Shown in pieces: positions 24,012 to 37,451 of a DNA stretch of 64,000 nt. The DNA comes from Octopus vulgaris (taxonomy: Eukaryota): positions 80,538,001-80,602,000 of the forward strand of contig OX597823.1 in NCBI GenBank assembly GCA_951406725.2, written 5' to 3'. A program made the translations under genes and the position numbers. Every line of letters begins with the position of its first letter. Positions within the stretch are counted from its first letter, which is position 1. Below the pieces are notes generated by a model. It had not been told where the DNA came from. It did not search any database and was given only the letters and a program-made list of their open reading frames with translations.

Positions 24012-24366
24012 AATATAATAATAATAAAATTATTGTATAAAGTGCTCTGGTGCACCACAACTTGTCAAAAGTGCGTATAAAGCATATGCAGTAATGTACA
24101 AATGTCTGGAAAGTGAACAGTGTATGAGTCTGATACATGCTTGCGTGTGTATGGAGGGGAGAAAATCAGGTGTAGTGTTGGTGAATTTCAGGAAGCATGG
24201 AAGTTTTGAAGGATGCAGTGCTCTGACAACTAACAACTGATGCTGGCAGTTTGTTCCATGCTTCAGCAACTCTTAGCGTGAAAAAATGTTTCCGAAAGTC
24301 ATGGGAGCTGTGCTGTTTCCTGACTTTGTAAACATGTCCACGGGTGTTAGACGGGTGGAGTTTGAG
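24012..24366 (-). mobile_element. CR1-like LINE 3' end
   Basis: SNTRGHVYKVRKQ..FFTLRVAEAWNKLP; near identical to 40360-40817. Confidence 0.85.
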
Positions 24367-24645
24367 AAACATGAGAAGCAAAAATGAAATCGAAAGCCTG
24401 AGCTTGAAGTAGCCATTTTCACATATGTCGCAAAAGAAGATAAGGATAAGCTTTTCCTTCAAACAATCATTTCCAATTTCAAAAATTATTCAGACAGTGG
24501 ATATTCAAGAGAAGACCAGGCTCGATTTACCAGCTGAGGATCAGAAACGAGCAACACAGTTATTATGTATTAAAGAATACCTTACATTTGTATTGAGTCC
24601 TGTAATTTATCATTTCTGGTGATTTAACAGAGATTAAAATATATG

Positions 24646-24830
24646 CAGGTGGCACGTAAAAAGCACCCACTACACTCACAGAGTGGCTGGCGTTAGGAAG
24701 GGCATCCAGCTGTAGAAATATTGCCAGATTAGACTGGAGCCTGGTGCAGCCTTCTGGCTTCCCAGAACCCCGGTCGAACCGTCCAACCCATGCTAGCATG
24801 GAGAACGGACGTTAAACGATGATGATGATG
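24646..24830 (+). mobile_element. SINE-like family C with (GAT)n tail (RTE-type 3' end)
   Basis: ggcacgtaaaaagcacc...catgctagcatggagaacggacgttaaac(gat)n; other copies at 35455-35670, 48597-48850, 55370-55760 and 60640-61018. Confidence 0.8.
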
Positions 24831-25199
24831 TTAATGTGTGTGTGTGTGTGTATATCTATATATATGTGTGTGTGTATATAAAGGGTAAAGGCCCCTTTGT
24901 TGAATGATCATGGGATGTACCTAGAAAGTTCCCCTCCAAGACACAAGTCTGGGCAAGGTTGTTTATGAAAGACCAGCAGTTGCCCATGCATAACAGCCTC
25001 CCTTCTCCATACTACTGATGTTGTCCAAGGGAAAGACAAAGGCCGATACACAATTAATTTCTACAGCTGAGTGAACTGGAGCAACGTGATATAAAGTGTC
25101 TTGCTCAAGAACACAACATACATCTTGGTCTGGGAATTGATTGTGAGCTCAATGCTCTAACCATTGAGCCTTGTGCCTTCATATATGTATATACATGGT

Positions 25200-25795
25200 C
25201 TCATCCTAGCTCACTTCCACTGTTTACAGCAGTGCTTGAAAGGAAGGTGTGTAGTATGTGATCGTCGCATTGACCATGATGGAGAAGGTTGAGCAGAGAA
25301 TCTGCATCAAATTTTGCCAAAAGCTTGGCAATACTGCTCAGAGGCTTATGCAAAGTTTTCAAAGAGTTTTCATCATTCTGGTCACAATCAAGGAGATCCT
25401 GTGCAATTAAAATCCCTCTTTGGTCAGCTGAAAGCAGTTTTGGCAGACACACATCTCATACCCAAATCTTCAGTGATAATGGACTAAACTGAACCATATC
25501 TAATCTGCACATTCTCTGATAACTCACAGATGGTGATTTGACGATTTCCCCTCACAGATGGTGATTCAGCAATTTTCCTTCACAGCTGCACACACATTTG
25601 CACAGTTTTTCTCAGTTCTGCTGGTTGTAGGTCTCCCAGAACATTTGTCAATATTGACATTTTTTCGACCATCTTGGAAACATCTGAACCACTCATACAC
25701 TTGTTTGTGGCTCATACACTCCTCTCCATACACTTTCTGCAACTTTGCACAGGCCTCTGAGCAGATATCACCATGGCAACTTTCTTTGTCATGGT
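25200..25795 (-). mobile_element. Degenerate mariner fragment
   Basis: LQKVYGEECMSHKQVYEWFRCFQDGRKNV..SGRP helix-turn-helix region; same family as 33161-34034. Confidence 0.8.
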
Positions 25796-26502
25796 ACCAG
25801 TTATGCACTGGGGTCAATACATTCAACTGCGTGGCACCTTCTGCAAGTGCCTTCTACTATAGCCTTGGGCTGACCAAAGTTTTGTGAGTGGATTTGGTAG
25901 ATAGAAACTGAAAGAAGACTGTCGTATATATTTGTGTTTGCCCCACTTCCCCACCGTCATGTTGACAACTGATGTTGGTGTGTTTATGTCCCCGTAACTT
26001 AGCAGTTCAGCAAAAGAGACTGATAGAATAAATACTAGGCTTATAAAGAATGACAAACAAGGAAAAGAATTTATTTATATATTTATCTCTCTCTATATAC
26101 ATATATATATATAAAATATAACATGGGACGAATGCAAAACATCCAGACAGACAATACAAAGAAACCAAGGACGGGTCATTTGAAGTTTTCTTTCCTCAGT
26201 CAAGTACCAGATTACCTTTGCGATTTTGGCTGATTATAATTGAGATTGCTCCAATCTGGCCAGCCCCAGTTAGGTGATACAAAAATGAGACAATATAACA
26301 CCCACACATGTATGTATGTATTTGGTATATTCACAAAGAAACATTTAACATTAGCAGTTTTTGCAGCTTTCATCAAATAAATTTATATTACAAATTACAA
26401 ATTCTAAACCAAATTTGATAGAATTTTTTCAAAAAAATTTTTTAAATGTAAAATTCACTAAAAAAATCTCTAATTTCTTATATTATTAAGTAATATTTTT
26501 AA

Positions 26503-26715
26503 GACAGTGAGCTGGCTGAATTGTTAGCATGTCAGACAAAATGCTTCGTAACACTTTTGACTTATGTTCTGAGTTCAAACTAAACTGAAGTTTGCTTTGC
26601 CTTTCTTTCTTTTGGGGTCAATAAAATAAGTAGCAGGTGAGTACTGGGGTTGATGTGATTGACTATCCCCTTCCCCAAAATTTCAGGTCTTGTGACTATA
26701 GTAGAAAGAATTATT
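26503..26715 (+). mobile_element. SINE family B
   Basis: A/B-box head gagctggc..gagttcaaa, ggggtcaataaaataagtag body, tail caggtcttgtgactatagtagaaag. Confidence 0.7.
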
Positions 26716-27467
26716 TTGTAATATTTTTGAGTTAGAATAAATATAATTAATCTCCTGTTATCATTTTCATCTGCTGATGAAATATTATTAAAAGGACATT
26801 TCTCATCTGGTTTAAGCCGAAGGAAAACAATTACATTTGTTTTATAAGTGATTATGTTTACTTTTAATTAGCTATTGAGATATTTCATGTTTTTAATCTA
26901 TTATATAATTGACGGAGAAAAATGGAAAAATCTTCAAGAATTGATTCATCCTGTATTTTAGAAGATACTGAAAAAGATTTATTTATTTGTAAATATTTTG
27001 TTGCATATTTAATAGATTATAAATGTCAATAGACATGTATGTGTTTGTGTATACAAATATCAACAATATATTTTGTTTATTTTTGATGGCTTTGATTTGT
27101 TTTTTAAGAAGCAATTTTCAAACATGAAGTAGAAAAATATTTCCTCTTAGCAGCAGCTAATTATCATTTGTTCATAGTTTAATTAAAGGAATTCAACACC
27201 TTAAATCTGTAAGATATTTAATAATTATCATTATGTATTATACAAAGTTAATTGCACAAGCTAACTAGGAGTTGTCACCGGTTTCTTGGTTTTTCATCAT
27301 TGTTCATAATCTTCACTATAATGCATCAGAGAAAGATACACACACAAAAATATGTATCTGCCTGTCTGTCTGCATATACATGATGTCAACTTTTTCTCTC
27401 TTTCTCTTTTACACACTATTGTTTATAGCTTTATCCACTTTGAGATCCACTGTTCCAAAATGAATTT

Positions 27468-27510
<43 letters not shown>

Positions 27511-27743
27511 AGAGTTTACGAAAAAAAAAAGATGAAGACAGGTGGTGTACATAACAAACAGATGTATTAGTATAACACTCAGGAATAGAAAAAGTCTTTT
27601 ACATTTTGAGCCTACGCTCTTCTACTGAAAGGAACACAGAAAACAAGGAGAGAAAAAAATGTGTAGTGGCTAATGATCTATCATGACTAGCAGATACACA
27701 GTGTTGCTCAGGATTAAAATGGCATAGTTTTTTTTATTGTTTT

Positions 27744-28016
27744 ATTTGTTTCAGTGATGTGACTGTGGCCATGCTGGAGCATCGCTTTTAGTCAAACAAA
27801 TCGACCCCAGGATTTATTCTTTGTAAGCTTAGTACTTATTCTATCAGGGTCTTTTGCCAAACCACTAAGTCACAGGGATGCAAACATAGCAATATTGGTT
27901 GTCAGGTGATGGTGGGGGTACAAACATACACACACACACAAATATACACATATATGACAGTCTTCAGTTTCCATGTACGAAATCCACTCACAAGGCTTTG
28001 GTTGACCTGAAACTAT
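27744..28016 (-). mobile_element. tRNA-SINE family A
   Basis: Homologous to 39620-39890. Confidence 0.75.
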
Positions 28017-28415
28017 AATATATATATAAGGCATGAAAGAAAAATGGAGAAGAGATTCAATTGACAAACATCAGTAAGATTTATTTATTATAATCATAGG
28101 AATAAATAACTACAACTCCACTCTTACAGCTAAAGTTGACATGTCATACAAAAACTGAACTCCAAAGCTTCATCAGAGAGTCGGTAAGTCCATAATGGTA
28201 AGGATACAAGGTAAAAAGTGAAGTCCAAAGCCATATTCAGAAGTTGTGAGATCACATCTTATTGCAATTTGTTTACCTCCACTTGTACATATTATTCAAT
28301 TGTACTATTGCCTTGCAACAGTAAGCTTTTGAATATAAATAGGTATCTCTCCCGTAGTATATTAGATATTTATTATCCCTTAGATGGTTATCTAACCTCT
28401 AACTCGCATATACTT

Positions 28416-28448
<33 letters not shown>

Positions 28449-28543
28449 TCCCCCCAAAAACAAGAACAAATACATGAAAAAACAATGCGAGGATGTGGTA
28501 CATGCAAAGTATTAGCAGATACTCAGGGAAGGAAAGAAAGGTG

Positions 28544-28578
28544 GTTTTACGTTTCGAGCAAAGCTCTTCTTCAGAAAC
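28544..28578 (-). ncRNA. Minimal type I hammerhead ribozyme motif (Penelope-type)
   Basis: GUUU CUGAAGA A GAGC uuu GCUC GAAAC GUA AAAC: complete core, stems I and II, palindromic ACGU stem III. Confidence 0.65.
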
Positions 28579-30089
28579 AGGAGACAAGAAAGTCCAAGAG
28601 AAAAGGAAGATGGAGGAAAAAGAATTTGAAATGACCAGAAGGAAATGGGTGTAATAGCATGTGTATGTGCTGTCTGTTTATGTGTATGTGTGAGTGAACT
28701 TTGTGTCTCTTAGTGTTGGAGGAATAATTCAGGAGCATGATTCTGTCTTAGGAAAGTCATTACACCAATAGTAATAATAACACATGCACAGGTTCAATGC
28801 ACTGCCTTAATTTTAAATAATTTTGGAAAATAATGAAGAATTTAATAAAATGACTTTGCCATTATTAAAATGGAATGTTTTATTTGAAATTACTTGAACC
28901 CTTCAGCATTCAAATGAACCATATCCAGCCAAAATACTCTACCTGTTTTATGTTCAAACTGGCCAGATGTGGCCTCTCACATCAACCTTACAATATCTTT
29001 GTAAAATTTAACAGTTGCTTCATCAAAACCTCCTAGCTACAAGATTAATTTACATGATTAATTTAAAACAATGTGAACAAAAAAGCATTACTTTTGACAG
29101 AATAATCTCGGTGCTAAAGAGCTGAAGAAGAAGTTTGTATCATAGAACCAAGAGCAGTCTCAGGTGTGGGTTAATATCAGAAGGGTTCAACTAATACTTA
29201 ACTGCATTACAATTTATATGGGTTCTAAATTTGAACCAGTATGTAAACAGAGGAGCCAGTTTCACTCAGAAATGCACTGAGAGGAAGCTATTGCTGAAAG
29301 TTTGAGCACTGGTACTGAATATTTACATCCCCTCTGTTATATATCACTAGCTGACCACTGTGTCTTGCTTTGGTTTTCTTCTGACCAAACTAGAGTACCT
29401 GCTCTTTCATTTCTACTTAGGCAGTCCATCAGCTATTTATGTCCACCGTGTAGAAGGCTCAGTGTGCCACCACTGATGATGTATTTACATGCACTGAGAC
29501 TAAGAAACTGTCAGAGATTCCTATGCTGCTAACAGGTGTGGTCATCCTTTGTCTAGTTTTGTTTCTTACAACCAGTGTATTTGACTGGGCTACAGTCCTG
29601 TATTGAATGAAAACCAGGCCTGGGAATTAGGCATCTGGAATGTTGTCAAGTGCTCACAGCCCTCTACAAGTTGGAAGATATGGTTGGGAGAATTTCCACA
29701 TTAACATTTTTTTAGAAGACTAATGAAGAAGAAAAGACGATGATGTTTTTGGAGAAAGCTTCAGGCTTAGACACACAACAGGAGTCATCATTTATGTATG
29801 CGATTATCATTTACACACGTGCACACACACACATACATGTATGTCAAATGTCATATATGCACACACACGCACATGCCTGTTGATTTCTGTGACTCAATGG
29901 ACACATACATACACTTGCATCTACTCTTGACACAGCCACACATAGACACATACACCAAATATACACAAATTAAAAACAGTCACACAAATACATACTAATG
30001 CACATGCCTGCATTCAAAAGATGCACACTCACTTCTGAAATCACACACATGCATATATACAATAGCTTTCTCTCTCTTTCACTCACTCA

Positions 30090-30150
<61 letters not shown>

Positions 30151-30877
30151 ACACACACAATGAACATTAGTTCTGTTAATTGTTCAACATTGAATACCAC
30201 ATCATTCCCCTTCTCCTACCTTGCTTGAAAATATGGCCTTTTCCTAAACACACATGGATTAACTTGTCTCCTTTTTTTTGTTTTTGTTTTCTCTCTTCAC
30301 TCACTGTTCGTTTTTTCTTTTCTTTTTGCTAAAGAACAAATAAGCCTGAAATGTCAAACATTTCTTTTCTCCTCCCATTCACTGTCAAACAAATACAACA
30401 TTTCTGTCATGTTATTTTCTGTCTGTGTTGTTATTACACATTTGAATACATACATGTATGCATGTATATATGTATGTGTGTATGTGTATGTGCATGCATG
30501 TATGTATGTGAAAAGGCATGTCAAAAGACTTCATACTATGGCACCTGTTCCCTCTGCCAACCAGTGCAGTCATGCATTATACAATAGAGTGTGCAAATCT
30601 TTAGCCGAGCTCAAGAGTCATACAAGGGCCTCACATTGTCTTCATCAATGGCTTGTTTCAATAATTCTTTCTAGCAATGACTTTCCACAAGAAAGCAGCT
30701 ACTATGTATGTATATATGTGTGTATACATGCATGTATGTATGTGTACATATGTATTTGTAGATATGTATGTATGTATGCAGGCATGTATGTATGTGGTGG
30801 GGTATGTATGTGTGTGTATATACACACAAATACATTTATATGTATGTTTACACATTTGTATGAATATATCTGTATAT

Positions 30878-31240
30878 AGTGGCGCTCCGTCGGTTATGAC
30901 GATGAGGGTTCCAGTTGCTCCGATCAACGGAACAGCCTGCTCGTGAAATTAACGTGCAAGTGGCTGAGCACTCCACAGACACGTGTACCCTTAAAGTAGC
31001 GTGACACAGAGTGGGACAAGGCTGGCCCTTTGAAATACAGGTACAACAGAAACAGGAAGAAAGGGAGTAAGTTGTGGTGAAAGACTACAGCAGGGTTCGC
31101 CACCATCCCCTGCCGGAGCCTCGTGGAACTTTAGGTGTTTTTGCTCAATAAACACTCAAAACGCCCGGTCTGGGTATCGAAACCGTGATCCTACGACTGC
31201 GAGTCGGCTGCCCTAACCACTGGGCCATTGCACCTCCACA
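30878..31240 (-). mobile_element. tRNA-SINE family D
   Basis: Head is the reverse complement of 38541-38700; tail shared with 56585-56688. Confidence 0.8.
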
Positions 31241-31958
31241 CATATAACTATAGATATATTATATAATACACACACATGTTAACTTTTGAATCATTAGCAG
31301 CAGCTCTAATAAAGTAATCATTACTGGTGTCATATACTAAATGTATGTTTTGTTCATGCATTTATTAGCTGTGAGATCACATCAGGAGGAAAGTACCTTT
31401 AAGACAATGAATGTTAAAAAAGACGGAATATCTCAAGTCAGGTAAAACAACCCACTCCATAGACGAATGAGAATGATGCATATCAATATTTTGCTATTAT
31501 TTTGGCCCATCAGCATTGTGTACAGCGAACTATTGATATCCATGCATGAATGATGGTCTTTCAGTTTCTGTCCACCAAATTCACTCCAGAGGCATTGGTA
31601 AGCTTAGGGCTAGAATAGAAGACACTTGCCTGAGGTGCCAAGCAGTGAGACTGAACCCCAAACCACGTGGTTGGGAAATATATATTTCTGATATATCAAA
31701 ATGCTAAATCTAAGCATAGTTATAAATATAAAAGACACAATAAGGAAGAAAACTGGTGAACATCTGTTGAGATTTGAAGTTTTCCTTCCTTGTAACACCT
31801 TATCTATGAATGTCTGTGAATAGATTAGATTTACTATTTAAACATTAAATGAGCTTTCAAAAATGACTGATAAACAAAAATAGTTTATTCATTTGAAGAT
31901 GATCCAATCGATACTTGAATATTCCTTTCCTCTTTGATAAGCTGCATTGATGAAAGTA

Positions 31959-32428
31959 CAGTGATCCCTCGCTACTTCGCGATTCAACTCGCAGATTCAT
32001 GACTTCGCGGATTTTTAAAATATATATATATGAACGCCTAAAATTTTTCATTAAATCCATTAAAATATTAATAATAAATATTATTTCCTAGTCTAGGAAC
32101 AACAAAACAAGTGTAAAATAGCAAAAAAGCATATACAGGGGTATTTGAAGTTAAGACAGGCTGTGATTGGTGCAATGGTGAGAGACGACAAATCTCAGCT
32201 TTCTATTTTGTAATCTGGCCTGTGTAACAGTAACAATCTTTTTTTTTTTAAATCTAAAGTGTTATTGCTTAACAGTCGTCCTTGTTATTAATAGACTATT
32301 GTAATGGGTGGGTTGTTAACAGTACAGGGAGGGTTTTAAAAGTCCAAATACGCATTAAATAAATACTGTAAATATGGTGTCCCTACTTTGCAGAAATTCA
32401 ATCTACCGCGATAAACAAGGGTTCACTG
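31959..32428. mobile_element. Tc1/pogo(Tigger)-like MITE
   Basis: TA|CAGTGATCCCTCG...CAAGGGTTCACTG|TA. Confidence 0.7.
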
Positions 32429-33160
32429 TAGCATTCATTTTCTAAGTTATTCATTTTTTCTCAACCAATCAATGAGCCATTCTTTTTAATTTCTGTCTAC
32501 CAAATCCCAAAGTAGAACCTTTCAGTGTTAAAATCAAACCTCCTACTCCTTCTCTGCTGCCACTGCCTCCACTACCACCACCATTACCACAGCCACCACC
32601 ACCACCATCATCATCATCTGATATATGAAAATTCTCATTGTTTCATTTTAGTTCAATGTCAGTTGGTACAATGAGAGAAAGCATAACTCACCACTTCAGG
32701 CAATGAGGGTACTTCTATATTAACAATAGTTACGCAGTCTTGTTTTGCTTATTTGGACTTTTTCTGAGTATAGAGCTTCAAGAAGATGGGATCCACCAAA
32801 TTGTTGCTAAATTTAATAATCAAGAATCCTGTTTAATTATTTCTTATGTTAATAATATAATATTCATGTATACTGAACTTATGTGCACAAAAAACTCATC
32901 ACAAAAATGTAAAAGTAAGAACAGAAAGTATTAATAAGTTAAGTACAGAATCACGGAAATGAAATCCCAAACTGCATGCAATGTAGCACAATACATAGAA
33001 TAAAACACAAAAATGACAGGAAAATGAAAAGTAAAAGACAAAAGGGTGTGTAAACATGTCAAGTGTAGAGTTTGTGAATTTTGGGAAGCAGGGAAATTTT
33101 TGATAAATGCAATGTCCAACAACTAACTGATGTGGGTAGTTCATTCCATGCTTTGACATA

Positions 33161-34034
33161 TGAGGTCTGATCAATAAGTATCCAGACTGTTGCCATAGTA
33201 ACAAAGCTACAGCACAGTGGGAAGCCACTTAGCACAGATTGACTATGGACTCGGCTGTGCATGCACACTGAGTTCCAACACTAGCTCACTTCTGCTGTTT
33301 ACAGCAGTGCTTGGAAGGAACATGCGAAGCGGGTGATTGTTACATTAATCATGACAGAGAAAGTTGTCATGGTGATAACTGCTCAGAGGCTTACGCAAAG
33401 TTGCAAAAAGTGTATGGAGAGGAGTGTATGAGCTGCACACAAGTGTACAAACGTTTCCAAGGTGGTAAAAAAAAATGCTGATAGTGATGAACATTCTAGG
33501 TGACCCACAACTAGCAGAACTGAGAAAGACATTGCAGATGTGCATGCAGCTGTGAGGGGAAATTGTCAAATCTCCATCTGTGAATCATCAGAAGATTTGC
33601 AGATTAGTTACAGTTCAGTTCAGTCCATTATCACTGAAGATTTGGGTATGAGATGTGTGTCTGCCAAGTTTATGCTTTCAGCTGATCAAAAAGACACTTG
33701 GTTTGCAGTTACACAAGATCTACTTGACTATGTCAAGAACGATGAAAACTTTTGGAAAACTTTGCGTAGGCCTCTGAGTAGGTATCGTCAAGCTTTTGGC
33801 CAAATTTGATGAAGATTCTCTGCTCAAATTTCTCTGTCATGGTCAATGTGACAATCTCACATTACACACGTTCCTTCCAAGCACTGCTGTAAACAGTGGA
33901 AGTGAGCTAGAATGATAAAACTTGGTGTGCATACACAGCAGAGTTCAAGGTCAATCTGTGCCAAGCAGCTTTACTCTGTGTACTTTAGTTTTGTTACTAT
34001 GGCAACAGTCCGGATACTTATTGATCAGGCCACA
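33161..34034 (+). mobile_element. Non-autonomous mariner with long inverted arms
   Basis: TA|TGAGGTCTGATCAATAAGTATCC ... GGATACTTATTGATCAGGCCACA|TA; internal transposase N-terminal remnant (EDLGMRCVSAKF); inserted in a CR1 3' fragment. Confidence 0.85.
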
Positions 34035-35804
34035 TATGTCAATATGTAAAAATTAAAAAAAAGGTAAAGTTACTTTCTCAAGTCATACCGACTAATAAGG
34101 GCTGGGTTCTTGGCTTCATGGCATATAAATTCCTCACACAGGATGGATCACAGGTCCATCACAGGATTACTTATTTTTGCCAGCTGAGTGGACTGGAACA
34201 ACATGAAATGAAGTGTTTTGCTCAAGAACACAATGTGTCACCTAGTCCAGGAATCAAAACCATAATCTTACAATCATGAGTCCAAGCCCCCTAACCACTA
34301 AGCCATGCACCTCCACATAGTTCAATGTCAATATGTTCCACTTTGTAGTTTGCTTGCAACCTCTACCTCTAACAAAATGGCTTCAACAAGCATACAAGTT
34401 TACCTTCCCTTATCAAATCTATTTTTGCTTTTATACAGCTTAAGGTTATCTCAGCTTGCACAATTTCATTGCCAGTGAGTTCTCCATTGGTCACTAAACA
34501 TTGAAATAAGCAATTTTCAATAGGAGTCTCTTTCCTCCATCCATCCATTTTCTCCACTCACTATTCCTGAGAAGATCATCAGGTAGAGTCCACAGGCACT
34601 TCCTTCATAGGGTCCTATCAGAAACAACCATCATTGCACTCTCTGGCTGGATTCCCAGGTGTGAACAACTGAGGCTGTGGATATTATCCAACCATCCCTT
34701 TCTTAGCTTACCCTCTGAATCTCCTGCTGGTTGGCTTGATTTGAAGAATTTATTTTTCCTGTGGTTCTTCCCTGTGACATTATTACCACATGTCCATAGC
34801 ACTAGAGCTGAAACCTCTCGATGTGAAAATGCAGTAGCTCAGTTTGGAGAGACTTCCTGATCTTTGAGCTACTTACCCTGTTGAGTAATGTCACTCCCAA
34901 GATTCTTCAGAGGAACTCGATTTCAGCTGCTGATTCACAGTAATACTCTTTCAGTCGTTATCCAACATTCATGACTAAGTGAAGACAGGCATGGAAACAA
35001 AATTGAAGAGAGTGAATTTGGCTTTTTGTTATTGTATTCAAATCTCGAAATTGTTTCCAACACAAAGTATGCTTTCCATTTAATAAACTACTCCTTTAAA
35101 TTATTTCTGATTTCAATATATACTGACTACTATATAAAGCAGCAAGCTGGCAGAATTGTTAGCATGATGGGCAAAATGCTGAGTGGCATTTTGTCTGTCT
35201 TAATGTTTTGAGTTCAAACTCCACCAAGGTCGACTTTGCTTTTCATTCTTTAGGGGTCAATAAAGTGAGTACCAAATTGCCGTCCTTGTGCCAAAAATTG
35301 AAATCAATAGATACTGACAACATAATTTGGTTCTTAATATCATCTTTGGCTTCAACAAACAGCTCTATTAACTTATCTATCACTCTCAAACGTATTCTCT
35401 TTATCGCACGGTCTAGGCTTCTTCTCATATATTATGTAACATATAATGTTGCTGGTGTGATGTAAAAAAAAGCACCCGTACTAGTACATATAAAGCATGT
35501 GTTAGCGCCACGTAAAAGTACCCACTGCATTATGTAAAGTGGTTGACGTTAGGCAGGGCATCCAACTGTAGAAACTATGCCAAAACAGATTGGACCTGGT
35601 GTAGCCCTCCGGCTTGCTAGTTCCCGTCAATCTGTCCAAACCCTGCCAGCATGGAAAACGATCGTTAAAAAACAATTGGCAATGGATTATATTTCAACAC
35701 ATTATCATCCTTTACATGAAACTTTGTAAGACAACGTAGTAACGTGTCGTTGCTGGTGTAGTCTAACCCTTGTCGAGCAGACCTATATGATCAAAAACAT
35801 TCTT

Positions 35805-36024
35805 ATTTCTTTATTGCCCACAAGGGGATAAACATAGAGGGGACAAACAAGGCGATTAAGTTGATTATATCGACCCCAGTACGTAACTGGTACTTAATTT
35901 ATCGACCCCGAAGGGATGAAAGGCAAAGCCGACCTCGGCGGAATTTGAACTCAGAACGTAGCGGCAGACGAAATACCGCCAAGCATTTCGCCTGGCGTGC
36001 TAACGTTTCTGACTGCTTGCCGCC
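35805..36024 (-). mobile_element. Young full-length SINE family B with Tx1-like tail and 17-bp TSD
   Basis: TGATCAAAAACATTCTT at 35788-35804 and 36025-36041; CpG-rich body; B box GAGTTCAAATTCC. Confidence 0.9.
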
Positions 36025-36799
36025 TGATCAAAAACATTCTTGCTGGACGATCACGTTTGATGTTCTATTTATTTATTATTTTGTTGTTTTGCAGCTATAG
36101 TGTAGAATGCAAGATCTTACCACACAGTGTTACAGTTCGTTTTTACGGAAATAGGATACGACATAAGGAAGATTTAGCGTTTTAGCAGTTAGGCGACCAC
36201 AGATAATTCTTCGTTCATTTGTAATAATTAAGTAATATTTCCATAGGTTATCGCTGAATTTCACGATTTTTCTCCCCAACAATTTGATATAAACTTTACA
36301 ATTTGGAAAAATAAAGTTATCTCCCATGCCCAAGTAGCCTCCCTTACATTACTTGCCTAGCCTCAAGCACTTAATGAAATGAGCTAAGTTCTTCTTCCTT
36401 TCTTTCTAACTGTATTTGCCAAAATAATAAATGCCGTGAAATGGTAGTGTCGGACTGTATACTGTATCATTTGGTCGTGTTTTTCCGTGTTTATTATCTG
36501 GGTTCAGCTTTCGCAAGGTTTTATTATGCTTTGGATACACTAAGTACTATCTATATGCTGAGATAAAATTGGATCATCTTACACTCTTTCACGACTTTTT
36601 CGTTTCAGAGTCAAGAAAAGACAGTAAAAAAAAAAAAAAAAGATAACAAGGGAGTGAATACTATGGATGGAACACCTTATAGTATTCATCTAATCTCTCA
36701 AAGTAACGAATTGAAACCAACTTTGCCTTGTATCTTTCCCGGTTGATATACCTTGAACCGTTAATATATTTGAATGTTAGACAACCGATAGTGTTCTTC

Positions 36800-37000
36800 C
36801 AAAGTAATGATCATGTGATGTAGATGGATGTAGACAGCTCCATAAAGAAGTACCGATCATTCAACCTGGATGGAACTCGTGGAAGAGGGAGACCCAGAAA
36901 GACATGGTACTGAAGGACGATCTTAGAACACTGAACTTTATGGATGAGATGACAAAGGACCGAGATATTTGGCGCCTTGCTGCGCTAAAGAGGACCCTAC
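36800..37000 (+). mobile_element. RTE-like LINE 3' ORF remnant
   Basis: HVM*MDVDSSIKKYRSFNLDGTRGRGRPRKTW. Confidence 0.7.
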
Positions 37001-37046
37001 TTTCACAGCAAAAATGTTAATGTTGCTCTTCCTGCTGAAGGGGATT

Positions 37047-37451
37047 GGAATCTTTTCGGTTTGAACGGCAGTTTTTTCTAGCTGTGTCATATGAAATTGT
37101 CACCCATAATTATGACCCTAGTATCGATCTATTGCATTTCAATCTGTTTTAGGGTTAGGGTTAGGGGTGGGGGAAGGGTATCTTATTTTCTTCACAAATG
37201 TAAATAAACCCAATCTGTTTCTTAAACGAGGGACATATTCATACAGCACAGAATGCTTTTTAACTCAATAGACGTCAGTCATTGGTTGAAATTCCAGAAA
37301 TTGAAGAAAATATCTTACAAAATATAGAATTTTCTCAATAAAGCTAAGAGAAAAGATGTTTTATAAACACATTCTACCAGTATACGAAGTTTAAAAGTGT
37401 TTCGTTACCTTGAAATTATGTTAAAAACTGCCGTTCAAACCGAAAAAATCC
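37047..37451. mobile_element. TIR element (MITE) containing TTAGGG repeats
   Basis: TIRs ttttcggtttgaacggcagttttt / aaaaactgccgttcaaaccgaaaa; flanks ggggatt / gaggatt; related fragments at ~760-860 and ~18405-18590. Confidence 0.8.

Noticed and set aside
24367-24620. Non-repetitive, coding-looking segment between repeats
   Set aside because: No motif recognised and no consistent exon chain on either strand
26170-26205. Minus-strand CUGAGGA..GUC hammerhead candidate (similar weak hit at ~28170)
   Set aside because: GAAA and stems I/III not recoverable; too decayed to call
36100-36620. CpG-enriched unique region as the promoter of another gene
   Set aside because: No downstream exons identified on either strand
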